Assembly: GCA_041659405.1 (NCBI GenBank)
Contig: JBAZYK010000001.1
Coordinates: forward strand, 180,001-212,000
Direction of reading: 5' to 3'
From: Candidatus Altimarinota bacterium
Lineage (GTDB): Bacteria > Patescibacteriota > Gracilibacteria > UBA1369
Length of the DNA stretch: 32,000 nt
The position numbers were made by a program, and so were the translations under genes. Of the stretch, positions 22,688 to 32,000 are shown in pieces (the first letter of the stretch is position 1; every line of letters begins with the position of its first letter). Below the pieces are notes generated by a model. The model saw only the letters and a program-made list of their open reading frames with translations, had not been told where the DNA came from and ran no database searches.

Positions 22688-25321
22688 ATGACGCCAATGA
22701 TGGCTCAATACAAAGAGATTAAAGCCAAATATCCGGATGCGATTCTGTTTTATCGTTTGGGGGATTTTTATGAAATGTTTTTTGACGATGCGATTGAGGC
22801 TTCCAGGCTTTTGCAAATTACGCTGACTTCACGCAATAAGGGTGATCACAAAGCTCCGATGTGCGGAATTCCTTATCATGCTGCGCAAAACTATATTGCA
22901 AAATTAACACGCCAGGGTAAAAAAGTAGCGATTTGTGAACAACTTTCGGATCCAAATGAACCAGGGATTGTGAAGCGTGATGTTGTACGTGTGATTACTC
23001 CGGGCACGACGCTCGATGATCAAATCCTTGATCAGAAAACCAATAATTTTCTTTTGGCGCTAACTTTTGAGCCGCCATCATCAACAAATAAAAATAATGG
23101 CGAGGGCACTTTTGGCCTTGCCTATGCCGATATTTCAACCGGAGAATTGCGTGTAACCGAGCTTCATAATCTGCAGGATGTTCAGACTGAACTGGAAAGA
23201 ATTCATCCAAAAGAAGCTCTGATTCCTGCCGATCTTTTGAATGAATCTTTCTTTAAATCAATCAATCAGTCACAACTGCAAACTTTCTTTTTTACGACTG
23301 AATGCCCACCGGATAGTGAACAATTTTTGAAAAACTTTTTGGAGGTTAAAGATTTGAATGGCTTTGGTTTGGAAGGTCAAATTGTGGCTATTAAAGCCGC
23401 TGCGCTGATTTTGAATTATCTTCAGGAAACGCAAAAAACGAGCTTGAAACATATTCAAGGACTGCAAACTTATCAGCTTTCGGAGTTTATGCCGATTGAT
23501 GAGAGCACTTTAAAGAATTTGGAAATTACTTCTACGCTGCGTGAAAATAAATTGGAAGGATCACTGTTATGGGTTTTGGACAGGACAATAACCTCTATGG
23601 GAGGCCGTGCTTTGCGGTATGCCCTGACTCACCCGCTGCTGGATGCGGAAAAAATTCAGGAACGGCTGGATGCGGTTGATGATCTTTTCCAAAATGCTTC
23701 GATCCTGGACGATTTAAGAGAGGTTTTAAAGCAGGTTTTGGACTTTGAACGACTACTGGCCCGTTTAAGTTTGGGCCACGGTAATGCGCGCGATTTATTG
23801 GGTTTAAAAGTGTCGCTTAAAAGTATTCCGTATGTTCAGAGCATTTTAATGGGTTTGCATGCTCCACTTTTAAAACAAATTTTGGGTAATCTGGATGCGC
23901 TGCCCGATTTGGTTGAGCTTATTGAGAAAGCCATTATTGATGAACCACCATTGGCGATTCGTGAAGGTGGCATGATTAAAGATGGCTATAATGCTGAACT
24001 TGATAAGATCAAAAAAATCAGCCGCGATGGCAAGGGTTTTATTCAGGCTCTTCAGGAAAAAGAAATCGAACGCACCGGAATAAATTCGCTAAAAATTCGT
24101 TATAACAGTGTTTTTGGATATTATATTGAAATCAGTAAAACCAATCTGCATGCGGTTCCCACCGATTATACCCGCAAACAGACTTTGGTTAATGCTGAAC
24201 GTTTTATCACTCCGGAATTGAAAGAATATGAAGAAAAAGTTTTAGGGGCCGAAGAAAAGATTGTGGCGATGGAGTATGAAATTTTTAATGCGCTGCGAAT
24301 GCGTGTGGTAGAGGAAATTGGACGAATTCAAAAGTTGGCTAAAGGAATTGCGGCCTTGGATATGCTGGGTTCTTTTGCCAGAGTTGCAGTTGATAATTGT
24401 TATTGCAAGCCGGTGATTACCCGGTTGACTAGTCAATTGAATATCCATATTCAATCCGGTCGGCATCCGGTAGTGGAAAAAATGACTTTTGCTTCACGTT
24501 TTGTGCCAAATGATGTGCTGCTTGATTCAGGAGAAAATCAACTTTTGCTGATTACCGGCCCGAATATGGGCGGTAAATCGACCTATTTACGTCAGGTTGC
24601 GCTTATTACTTTGATGGCTCACATAGGCAGTTTTGTGCCTGCGGCAAAGGCTGAAATCGGATTGGTTGATCGTATTTTCACTCGCGTTGGGGCTTCCGAT
24701 AATTTGATGCGAGGACAAAGTACATTTATGGTGGAAATGCAGGAAACGGCTTACATTCTGCATAATGCCACTGCTAAAAGTTTGATTATTTTGGATGAAA
24801 TCGGACGTGGAACTTCAACTTATGATGGCATGAGTATCGCCTGGGCAATTACGGAATTTATTCATGATAAAATTGGTGCGAAAACTTTATTTGCTACGCA
24901 TTATCATGAGCTGATTGCGCTGGCGGAAAAGCTGCCACATGCGGAAAACTATTGTGTAGCCGTTAAAGAAAATGAAGAAGATGGTGTGGTCTTTTTGTAT
25001 AAAATTGTTAAAGGTGGAGTGGATAGAAGTTATGGAATTGAAGTGGCAAAATTGGCCGGATTACCTGCTGAAGTGGTTGGCAAAGCACGTCAAATTTTGG
25101 CAGATTTGGAAGAAGGAGTTTTAGAAGCTGGAATTCAAAAAGAGCTTACGGATGCGAGCAAACGAGTTGCCCCGGGACAAACTGAAATTTTTGAACAGGG
25201 GCGAATTCATCAGGAAATCAAACCAAATCCGGCCATTGAAGAACTCAAAAAACTGGACCTTAATTCAATGACGCCGATTGAGGCGTTGAATGCATTGGCA
25301 GCCCTAAAAAAGAATTTCTAA
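22688..25321 (+). CDS. mutS: DNA mismatch repair protein MutS
   Basis: TPMMAQYKEIK, the mismatch-binding GDFYEMF, Walker A GPNMGGKST, DEIGRGTSTYDG and the ATHYHEL blocks. The ATG at 22688 is preferred over the TTG at 22682. Confidence 0.95.
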   Translation: MTPMMAQYKEIKAKYPDAILFYRLGDFYEMFFDDAIEASRLLQITLTSRNKGDHKAPMCGIPYHAAQNYIAKLTRQGKKVAICEQLSDPNEPGIVKRDVVRVITPGTTLDDQILDQKTNNFLLALTFEPPSSTNKNNGEGTFGLAYADISTGELRVTELHNLQDVQTELERIHPKEALIPADLLNESFFKSINQSQLQTFFFTTECPPDSEQFLKNFLEVKDLNGFGLEGQIVAIKAAALILNYLQETQKTSLKHIQGLQTYQLSEFMPIDESTLKNLEITSTLRENKLEGSLLWVLDRTITSMGGRALRYALTHPLLDAEKIQERLDAVDDLFQNASILDDLREVLKQVLDFERLLARLSLGHGNARDLLGLKVSLKSIPYVQSILMGLHAPLLKQILGNLDALPDLVELIEKAIIDEPPLAIREGGMIKDGYNAELDKIKKISRDGKGFIQALQEKEIERTGINSLKIRYNSVFGYYIEISKTNLHAVPTDYTRKQTLVNAERFITPELKEYEEKVLGAEEKIVAMEYEIFNALRMRVVEEIGRIQKLAKGIAALDMLGSFARVAVDNCYCKPVITRLTSQLNIHIQSGRHPVVEKMTFASRFVPNDVLLDSGENQLLLITGPNMGGKSTYLRQVALITLMAHIGSFVPAAKAEIGLVDRIFTRVGASDNLMRGQSTFMVEMQETAYILHNATAKSLIILDEIGRGTSTYDGMSIAWAITEFIHDKIGAKTLFATHYHELIALAEKLPHAENYCVAVKENEEDGVVFLYKIVKGGVDRSYGIEVAKLAGLPAEVVGKARQILADLEEGVLEAGIQKELTDASKRVAPGQTEIFEQGRIHQEIKPNPAIEELKKLDLNSMTPIEALNALAALKKNF

Positions 25322-25331
25322 ATTTTATTTT

Positions 25332-27233
25332 ATGTCTAAAATCCAAGTCCTTCCAGATTTTTTGATTAACCAGATCGCTGCGGGTGAAGTTGTGGAGCGG
25401 CCTGCTTCGGTTGTGAAGGAGCTTGTGGAAAACTCTTTGGATGCCGGTGCGACTTCCGTTACTGTTGAAGTTGATGGCGGTGGAGATACTCTGCTACGCA
25501 TTACAGATAATGGCTATGGCATGGATCAGGATGATGCACTTTTGGCTTTTGAAAGGCATGCGACCAGCAAAATTTCCACTCAAGATGACTTGGTGAATAT
25601 TCATACACTTGGTTTTAGAGGTGAAGCTTTGGCTTCAATTGCTTCTGTTTCTTCGATGACTTTGCAGACCAAAAAAAAGGGTGCCATGGAAGGAACTATC
25701 GTAATTTGCGAAGGTGGCGAAATGAAAAAATTGAAACCGGCGGGAATGCCTGAGGGAACCCAAATTGAAATCAAACAACTTTTTTTTAATACTCCTGCGC
25801 GCAAGAAATATTTAAAAAATACGGTCACGGAATACAATCATATTTTTAATACGATTACCGGATTGGCTTTGGCTTTTCCGCAAGTCGCTTTTAAACTGAT
25901 TCATGATGAAAAGATCGTGCTTGATTTGCCGGCTACGGAAGACCATTTTTCAAGGATCAGAAATTTAATGGGACGAACGATTGCCGATGAATTGATTCCG
26001 GTTTTTTATGGTCATTCGCAGCTTCATCTGGAAGGTTTTATTGGCAAACCGCTGATTGCCCGCGCGAATCGCAATGCCCAATATTTATTTGTGAATAATC
26101 GCGAAGTAAAATCGCATGTTTTGTCTTATTCCGTAAAGGAAAGTTATTATTCGCTTCTGCCAAAGGAAAAATATCCGGTGTTCTTTTTGTTTTATCATTT
26201 GGATCCGGAATTGGTTGATGTAAACGTTCATCCACGCAAAAGTGAAGTGCGTTTCCGTGATGAAAGAGAGATTTTTCGCATTACTTCTCAGGCCTGCCAT
26301 AAGTCTTTGGAAACGCATATCTTGGCACCACAAATCAATTCCAATGGACCGGTAAATTATTACCAGGAACGTTCTCCGCAGCCATTAAAAATGATGGATA
26401 GTGGTAATTCCGTTGTTGGTTCCGGAAATGGTTTAGGGCTTAGATCTCCGCAACTTGTGCAGGTCGCACTGGATTTTACAAAAGATTTCAGTGCCGGATT
26501 GAACAATAAAACTGGTTTTCAAAATGGAACAGGCGTGCTGCAAAACGATAATGCTCAAGAAAATCTGCCTGGTTCGGAAATGCGCAAAGGCGCTGTAAAT
26601 GAACAAAATTCTACTGTCGGCGAACATAATGAACTGGAAAGAGCACACAGTGAAGAGCTGATTCCGCTGGGGCAATTGGCTTTATCATATATTCTTTGCC
26701 AACAGGGAAAAGCTTTGGTGATTGTTGATCAACATGCCGCTCATGAACGCATCAGGTACACGGAAATTCTGGAAGATTTTGCAAAGCAGATTAGGGCTTC
26801 GCAGCCGCTTTTAACGCCACTTACTTTTGAGCTTTCGCAAAAAGAATGCGCCATTATTCAAGAAAATAATGAAATTTTAGAAGGCCTTGGTTTTGAAATA
26901 GAGCCATTTGGAGGAAACACTTTTGTGCTCCATTCTGTCCCGAATTTTATGGTTCAGGAAGATATTCAAAAAACACTTTTGGGACTGATTGATGATCTGG
27001 GTAGTCAAAGTCAAAAAGGTGACTTCCTTAAGCGCAAAGAAAAGTCTTTGATTTATATGGCTTGTCGTTCCGCCAGAAAATTTGGAGACGTATTGTCTGC
27101 ATCGGAACAAAAAGAACTGGTGAAAAAGCTGATGACTTTGGCGTTTCCATACACTTGCCCACACGGAAGACCAACCATGGTAATCATGAGCGAAGGAGAG
27201 CTTCTAAAGCGCTTTGGCAGGGATTACAGCTAA
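25332..27233 (+). CDS. mutL: DNA mismatch repair endonuclease MutL
   Basis: GHKL ATPase blocks (IAAGEVVERPASVVKELVENSLDAG, DNGYGM, GFRGEAL). The C-terminal endonuclease motifs DQHAAHERIRYTE, ACRSA and CPHGRPT are present. Confidence 0.95.
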   Translation: MSKIQVLPDFLINQIAAGEVVERPASVVKELVENSLDAGATSVTVEVDGGGDTLLRITDNGYGMDQDDALLAFERHATSKISTQDDLVNIHTLGFRGEALASIASVSSMTLQTKKKGAMEGTIVICEGGEMKKLKPAGMPEGTQIEIKQLFFNTPARKKYLKNTVTEYNHIFNTITGLALAFPQVAFKLIHDEKIVLDLPATEDHFSRIRNLMGRTIADELIPVFYGHSQLHLEGFIGKPLIARANRNAQYLFVNNREVKSHVLSYSVKESYYSLLPKEKYPVFFLFYHLDPELVDVNVHPRKSEVRFRDEREIFRITSQACHKSLETHILAPQINSNGPVNYYQERSPQPLKMMDSGNSVVGSGNGLGLRSPQLVQVALDFTKDFSAGLNNKTGFQNGTGVLQNDNAQENLPGSEMRKGAVNEQNSTVGEHNELERAHSEELIPLGQLALSYILCQQGKALVIVDQHAAHERIRYTEILEDFAKQIRASQPLLTPLTFELSQKECAIIQENNEILEGLGFEIEPFGGNTFVLHSVPNFMVQEDIQKTLLGLIDDLGSQSQKGDFLKRKEKSLIYMACRSARKFGDVLSASEQKELVKKLMTLAFPYTCPHGRPTMVIMSEGELLKRFGRDYS

Positions 27234-27235
27234 TA

Positions 27236-29404
27236 CTACTTTCCAATTAAAGCCGCAAAATAAAGATCTTGGTTTAGATCGCCGGTGAATTGGAGTTGTC
27301 CACTTTCATCTTTTGGTAAATTTTCCGGATATTTTTTATAAATACTTATTCCCGGTTTAAATATGACTCTTTTTTTAAGGCTGCTAATAACTATGCCTGG
27401 TTGTTTTTGAATAAAAATGCGATATGCGTCAGCCGTAGCCAACTTTAAACGATTGGGCAATTTGTAGCTTAAACTAAAGGTTTTAGGATACTCAGCATTA
27501 ACATTCATTTCAAACATGAAATAAGTTTTTTGAATTTCCTCGTCAAATTTGGTTTCGATTTTGCTTTGATCTATGCCATCGGCGCTTAATAAAACGCTAT
27601 CTTTTGGAACATAAACTTTGATGAACGATTTATTTTTTCCTCCGCCAAGAATGAATTTTAATGTTGGAGAAAGATCATTATCAAAACCAAAGGATTTAAT
27701 GGTTTTCTTGATCTTCTGAAGCGCTTCCAGATTCCAGGTATCGGTGCGGGAAATCGTTAGATTATCAACAATATTGCCGTCCAGATCCACAAAAGTATCG
27801 TGCTGAAGATTTTGTTTAATATAAAGATCGCTCTTATTTCCACCAATAGAAGTTGTGATTACATTCAGATAATCATCGGTTGGTTGAATTTGGGTAACAC
27901 GACCGCTTAAATATAAATCATCAAATAATTTTTGAATTTCACTATCACGTGAATACAGCAAAATGCTTTTCTCTTTAAGGCCTTTCACGAAGGCTGCAAG
28001 TGTTTTTCCGAAGGTTTCATTTTTGAAAAGTTTATCTTTAAATGCGGGAATAAATTCACGAAGGATTTTTTTTGGATCCTGCGCGCCACTTAATTTTGAC
28101 TCAATCATGTAAGAAAGAATGGTCTGATAATTGTCTTTGGTTAGCGCTGCATTCAGGCCATCAAGCGTGATCGGGCCGGTGATATCAAAAAGATCAGCCA
28201 AAAAATGTTGGTTGATTGCTATGACGGAATCCACACTTGGCCCTTTTTCTTTCTGTAAAAACCAGGCCGCTTTCTCGGCTGAAATCGCAAAATCAGGGGA
28301 ATAATTGGAATCACGCAAGCGCCAGTTTTTGCTTATCCTGGCTATATCTTCCGGCGCGGGAATGTCTTCCTGAAGCTGTCCATCGGATTCATAGACATCA
28401 TGAAAATCCATTTTTGTCAGATAGCCATCATTAAAATCGGCGATTATATAACTGCCGATAAATCCGCCGGTTGGACGAGATTCGGTATCATTCTGCAACA
28501 AAATTAAATAACGATGAGGATAACGGTCTCCTAAAAGTTTTAGGAATACCGGAATTCTTTCCTGAAAAGATTGAACAATTTGGAGAAGCGCAGCCACTTT
28601 ATTTTTGCCATCCTGGAATTTAGCTTCATACTGCGGTGGCAAAACTTTTGGGTCAACCAGCACAAGATTATCGTTGGCTATTTCAAGCTCCTGACTGGCT
28701 TTATCAAGAAAACTTAAATCCTGACGAAGCTTGGTGGTAAGCAGAATTTTAGGTTGAGCCGAATCTTGAGCGACACTCGTGGTGGTTTGATTTTCCTTAA
28801 GAATAAGCTCCGGTAACTGTTTAATATTTTCAATACCTTTGGCAAAATCTTTTCCCGCTTCGGATACATTTTTGCCTGCCTGCAATATTCCCTCAACCGT
28901 TTGCACCGTTTTTTCCTGGGAGAAAAACAGGTTTTGATTTGAACTTAAAAAATTGATGTTTTTAAGAGCGGCCTGAAAATTGGTACTCGCTTTATCAAAG
29001 TTATCATTGGCGGCGTTAAAATTAACGTTTTTGGCGTCTACGCCGGCATTTTGAATCTGCTGATAACCCGCAGCAGCCGAAGCAATAATATTATCTTTTA
29101 TAACAAGTCCACGTTGATAAATATTAATTCCATTTAGCGCAAACAGGATTAAAATTCCGCAGGCAACCAAACGGGTAAGTTCGGAAACTTTGTCGTAAAT
29201 TTGATTTTTTCCGTTATCAACTTTGTAGGAAAAACTTTTTTTAGATTTGGATTCACAAGTCTGTGTAATAACCGATTTTCCTTTATTTGAAGCCGAAAGG
29301 TCCAGTACGTTCTTTTGTTCTTGAGGCACATGAAGATCATGATCTTTGATTGTGATCAAAAAAGAACCTTTGCTTTGAATGTCGCGCAGTATTTTGTTCT
29401 TCAT
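27236..29404 (-). CDS. DUF4012 domain-containing single-pass membrane protein
   Basis: Cytoplasmic N-terminus, one TM segment (LVACGILILFALNGINI), then a large external region containing LILLQNDTESRPTGGFIGSY, which I recognise as the DUF4012 signature block. Confidence 0.75.
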   Translation of the reverse strand: MKNKILRDIQSKGSFLITIKDHDLHVPQEQKNVLDLSASNKGKSVITQTCESKSKKSFSYKVDNGKNQIYDKVSELTRLVACGILILFALNGINIYQRGLVIKDNIIASAAAGYQQIQNAGVDAKNVNFNAANDNFDKASTNFQAALKNINFLSSNQNLFFSQEKTVQTVEGILQAGKNVSEAGKDFAKGIENIKQLPELILKENQTTTSVAQDSAQPKILLTTKLRQDLSFLDKASQELEIANDNLVLVDPKVLPPQYEAKFQDGKNKVAALLQIVQSFQERIPVFLKLLGDRYPHRYLILLQNDTESRPTGGFIGSYIIADFNDGYLTKMDFHDVYESDGQLQEDIPAPEDIARISKNWRLRDSNYSPDFAISAEKAAWFLQKEKGPSVDSVIAINQHFLADLFDITGPITLDGLNAALTKDNYQTILSYMIESKLSGAQDPKKILREFIPAFKDKLFKNETFGKTLAAFVKGLKEKSILLYSRDSEIQKLFDDLYLSGRVTQIQPTDDYLNVITTSIGGNKSDLYIKQNLQHDTFVDLDGNIVDNLTISRTDTWNLEALQKIKKTIKSFGFDNDLSPTLKFILGGGKNKSFIKVYVPKDSVLLSADGIDQSKIETKFDEEIQKTYFMFEMNVNAEYPKTFSLSYKLPNRLKLATADAYRIFIQKQPGIVISSLKKRVIFKPGISIYKKYPENLPKDESGQLQFTGDLNQDLYFAALIGK

Positions 29405-29416
29405 GGTTGATTTGCC

Positions 29417-31321
29417 TTACAACACCTTTATCAGGTAAAGATCCGCTATTCCATCATCAAAGAAATTTTTGGCAGAACTAATGGTGCCAAATGGCGCCAA
29501 ATAAGTGCTAAGAACTTTGTTATTGTTCAATCCAAATGCCGCAAAAATCGCACCTAAATTAAGTTCATTAATTTGATCAGCGGTACGCGCAATCGGCTGG
29601 ATTGTGTCTTTATAAAGCGCGCTGTTTTTAAGGTTGGTCTTTTTGCTACCAAGACTGCGATCAATACTTTGCTGTAAAGATTCAAGGCTTGTACTAACCG
29701 CTAAAACATTTCCCAAAGCCGTGTAATGAATCCCGAAGCCTTTATCGCCAATGGCCAAAGAACTTATATTAACGCCGTTATAAACACTATCTGAACGGGT
29801 AATTTGTTCCGGGCTGGCTACGATTTCTTGGCCTTTTGTGCCATCTGGCAGCGTTACATCCTGTATTTTTGGTTCAAAAATAGCGCTCATCTTTACAAAC
29901 GCATTGACGATTTTTTCAACACGAAGTAAATCGGAATTCTTATCGTTTAATTCCAGGTAAAAATTAACTTCCGGTTGCTCAAAACTCTTTTGAGCGGTAA
30001 CAAGATATTCACCTTTTAATAATGGGAAAATATCATCCGTAAGTGAAATATCTTTACCCAAATATTTTTCTTTCTGGTATTCAAGCAGGCCCTGAACGAT
30101 CACTGCATTTGCCTTTGTACCGGCCTTAAACAGGTCTTCCATGCGGCTGAGTTCTTTGTTTATATCATGGCCTCCCATAATCATTATTGGATTTTCGGCA
30201 GCGAGTTCCAAAAGTTTTCCCGCGTATTTATCGCTGTAAGTTAGGTAGGTATTTCCGTTCAATTCGGCGCGATTAATACTGCTGAAAGTCTGGATATGGA
30301 ATTCTTTATTTTCCGCGAAGACGGTCATTCCGGCAGCGGAGAAAATCTTTAGAAATGGCTGCAGATTGTTAAAATCCTGAATCTTTCTACTCATGAAAAC
30401 CGGATTTTTAAGAAGTACCTCGAAAAATTTAGGAATGTTTACGTATCCAAAAGCAAGCCCATTGGATGGAAGATTGTTTGCCACTTTTCGATAATTAACC
30501 TCATCGGCAAGGTTCAAATTTGAATTACTTTTTTCATTAATAAAATCTTTAAGAAGGTCGTAACCGGAAGTCAGGACCAGATATTTATTAAAGAAAGTAA
30601 AGCTGATGGTTTGGCTGTTTTTGTAATGATAAAGCGTATAACCGCGAAGATTTTCCTGAAGAAGTTCGTCTCCGGATTGCTGCATTAAGCGAGTTTTGAA
30701 AAAACCAATAGCTGCATTTGCGTCCTTAACTTCCACCATTAAAACCGGATTTAATTTGCCGTCCGGAGTGCTGGATTTAACCATAACAAAGCCGGCTTTG
30801 CGGCCAATCCATGGCGAAATATTTTGGTAAGTTGCCGGCAAAACTACATTTAAAAGTCCAATCAGTTCCGCCTTCCGGTACAGAGGATAATTTGCGAGTG
30901 CCTTATAAAATTGCTGAACCTGACTTGAGTCGCCATCAATATTGACCTCCAACAAGCCAACTGTCGCATCTGCAGGTAATAATTCGGCTAAGGGTTGAGC
31001 TCTAAATATTTTTTGAAAAATCAGAACACTTACAAAAACCAGCCCGCAAATTGAAATCACCAACAAAACCGCACCTTTTATTTTTCGACTATTCTCGGGG
31101 GTAAGCTTTGCTTTTTTTTCAGGGGTGGCGGTAGCTTCAAGCTGTGATACAAGCTCGCTCATTGTGGTTGTCTCTTCCGCTTTTTGATCCAGCTCTTTCT
31201 TCTTTGGCTTAATTTTCTTAAGCAGTTTTTTAAATTTCCCATTTTTTGGCTTCTCCTGTTCAATCATTGTTTCATTTTTTTTGGTTGAAGCTACGGTCTT
31301 TTTTTTGCTTTTTTTTCCCAT
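29417..31321 (-). CDS. Large N-terminally anchored extracytoplasmic protein, function unknown (possibly DUF3352-like; unverified)
   Basis: Extremely Lys-rich cytoplasmic N-terminus, a single TM segment (AVLLVISICGLVFVSVLIF) and an external domain of about 530 aa. It has the same topology as the adjacent DUF4012 gene and lies 12 nt from it. Confidence 0.55.
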   Translation of the reverse strand: MGKKSKKKTVASTKKNETMIEQEKPKNGKFKKLLKKIKPKKKELDQKAEETTTMSELVSQLEATATPEKKAKLTPENSRKIKGAVLLVISICGLVFVSVLIFQKIFRAQPLAELLPADATVGLLEVNIDGDSSQVQQFYKALANYPLYRKAELIGLLNVVLPATYQNISPWIGRKAGFVMVKSSTPDGKLNPVLMVEVKDANAAIGFFKTRLMQQSGDELLQENLRGYTLYHYKNSQTISFTFFNKYLVLTSGYDLLKDFINEKSNSNLNLADEVNYRKVANNLPSNGLAFGYVNIPKFFEVLLKNPVFMSRKIQDFNNLQPFLKIFSAAGMTVFAENKEFHIQTFSSINRAELNGNTYLTYSDKYAGKLLELAAENPIMIMGGHDINKELSRMEDLFKAGTKANAVIVQGLLEYQKEKYLGKDISLTDDIFPLLKGEYLVTAQKSFEQPEVNFYLELNDKNSDLLRVEKIVNAFVKMSAIFEPKIQDVTLPDGTKGQEIVASPEQITRSDSVYNGVNISSLAIGDKGFGIHYTALGNVLAVSTSLESLQQSIDRSLGSKKTNLKNSALYKDTIQPIARTADQINELNLGAIFAAFGLNNNKVLSTYLAPFGTISSAKNFFDDGIADLYLIKVL

Positions 31322-31340
31322 ACTAGAAAATTAAATTAAA

Positions 31341-31384
31341 TGAGCTCGCGTCGCTTGCGATAGTAAAACGCACTTCGCGCGCGA
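31341..31384 (+). repeat. 44-nt GC-rich interspersed repeat, copy C (intergenic)
   Basis: TGAGCTCGCGTCGCTTGCGATAGTAAAACGCACTTCGCGCGCGA matches copy B at 33 of 44 positions without gaps (hand count). Confidence 0.7.
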
Positions 31385-31499
31385 TAGAAAATTAGTCCAG
31401 ATTAGTATCGCAGAATTCATTTTAAAGTTCAATTAAAATCTATTGGCGATATAAAGGAATCTGCTATAATTCAACACCGAAAACCCATTACATTTTTTT

Positions 31500-32000
31500 A
31501 TGCTTGCAAAAGACCTTCGAAGACGATTTATAGACTTCTTTGTCCAGAAACACGGACATGCGGAAATCAAGAGTGCCTCGGTCATTCCGGAAAATGATCC
31601 AACGGTTTTGTTTACCACTGCCGGGATGCATCCACTTGTGCCTTATTTAATGGGCGAACCTCATCCGGCCGGAAAACGTCTGGTTGATGTACAAAAATCC
31701 ATTCGCACTGATGATATTGATGAAGTGGGAGATGCCACACATTGCACGTTTTTTGAGATGCTTGGGAACTGGTCATTGGGTGATTATTTCAAGAAAGAAG
31801 CAATTAAATGGAGTTATGAACTTTTGACATCGGCTTTGAATGAAGGCGGCCTGGGGCTCGATCCAAAGCGCTTAATGGTGACATGTTTTGCCGGTGACAA
31901 TGACGCGCCAATAGATAATGAAGCCGCTGATGTTTGGAAAAGTTTGGGTTTTAAAAGCTTTGAAGATGCTACCAAGGATGATCACCAATTGATTTTCTTT
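31500..32000 (+). CDS. alaS: Alanine--tRNA ligase, 3' partial (runs off the window)
   Basis: This is my own translation from ATG 31500; the ORF is absent from the supplied track because it has no stop in the window. It reads [102 protein letters not shown]. These are the AlaRS class II N-terminal blocks (FTTAGM, Q.(C/S)IRT.DI..VG, [10 protein letters not shown](F/W)S.GDYFK). A TATAAT lies at 31465-31470. Confidence 0.9.
   Translation, partial: MLAKDLRRRFIDFFVQKHGHAEIKSASVIPENDPTVLFTTAGMHPLVPYLMGEPHPAGKRLVDVQKSIRTDDIDEVGDATHCTFFEMLGNWSLGDYFKKEAIKWSYELLTSALNEGGLGLDPKRLMVTCFAGDNDAPIDNEAADVWKSLGFKSFEDATKDDHQLIFF

Noticed and set aside
1-32000. CRISPR arrays, rRNA genes, and transposase, integrase or prophage genes.
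   Set aside because: No regularly spaced repeat-spacer array, no rRNA-like conserved stretches, and no ORF with recombinase or transposase motifs was seen in any frame.

Overview
This is an AT-rich bacterial chromosomal segment with tightly packed genes on both strands. The gene content suggests a small-genome Patescibacteria/CPR-like organism, but that is inference only. The evidence for it is DUF4012, LemA, bPH-type and many single-pass membrane proteins, reduced metabolism, and an ftsW-murG-glycosyltransferase block.

Confident calls:
- GlmU-like nucleotidyltransferase (5' partial)
- COG1373/DUF4143 AAA+ ATPase
- GT2 and GT4 glycosyltransferases
- SAM methyltransferase
- an sdaAB-sdaAA-purN string
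- a RelE/ParE-type toxin-antitoxin pair next to an HTH-Fic/Doc protein with a degenerate active-site motif
- CofE-like ligase
- two tandem MscS channels
- SPFH protein
- lspA, ftsW, murG
- LemA
- tRNA-Thr(CGU)
- lexA divergent from a COG3323-mutS-mutL string
- a DUF4012 protein plus a second large anchored protein
- the 5' end of alaS

I saw no rRNA, CRISPR array, transposase or integrase.

Observations most worth a second look:
1. A 44-nt GC-rich interspersed repeat occurs in four ungapped copies. Two lie inside coding sequence, one spans the probable lspA start and one is intergenic.
2. An ORF-free stretch of about 690 bp (10549-11239) contains nested GC-rich helices and a strong intrinsic terminator. 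It is an unassigned structured RNA candidate.
3. Tandem direct repeats, three of them phased at 21 bp and three carrying -10-like hexamers, recur next to accessory-gene starts and in the ORF-free region.
4. Palindromes that could be LexA operators sit between lexA and the mismatch-repair string.
5. The Fic/Doc protein has Gln in place of the catalytic His.

All family assignments come from reading the translated ORFs for motifs. No database search was run.
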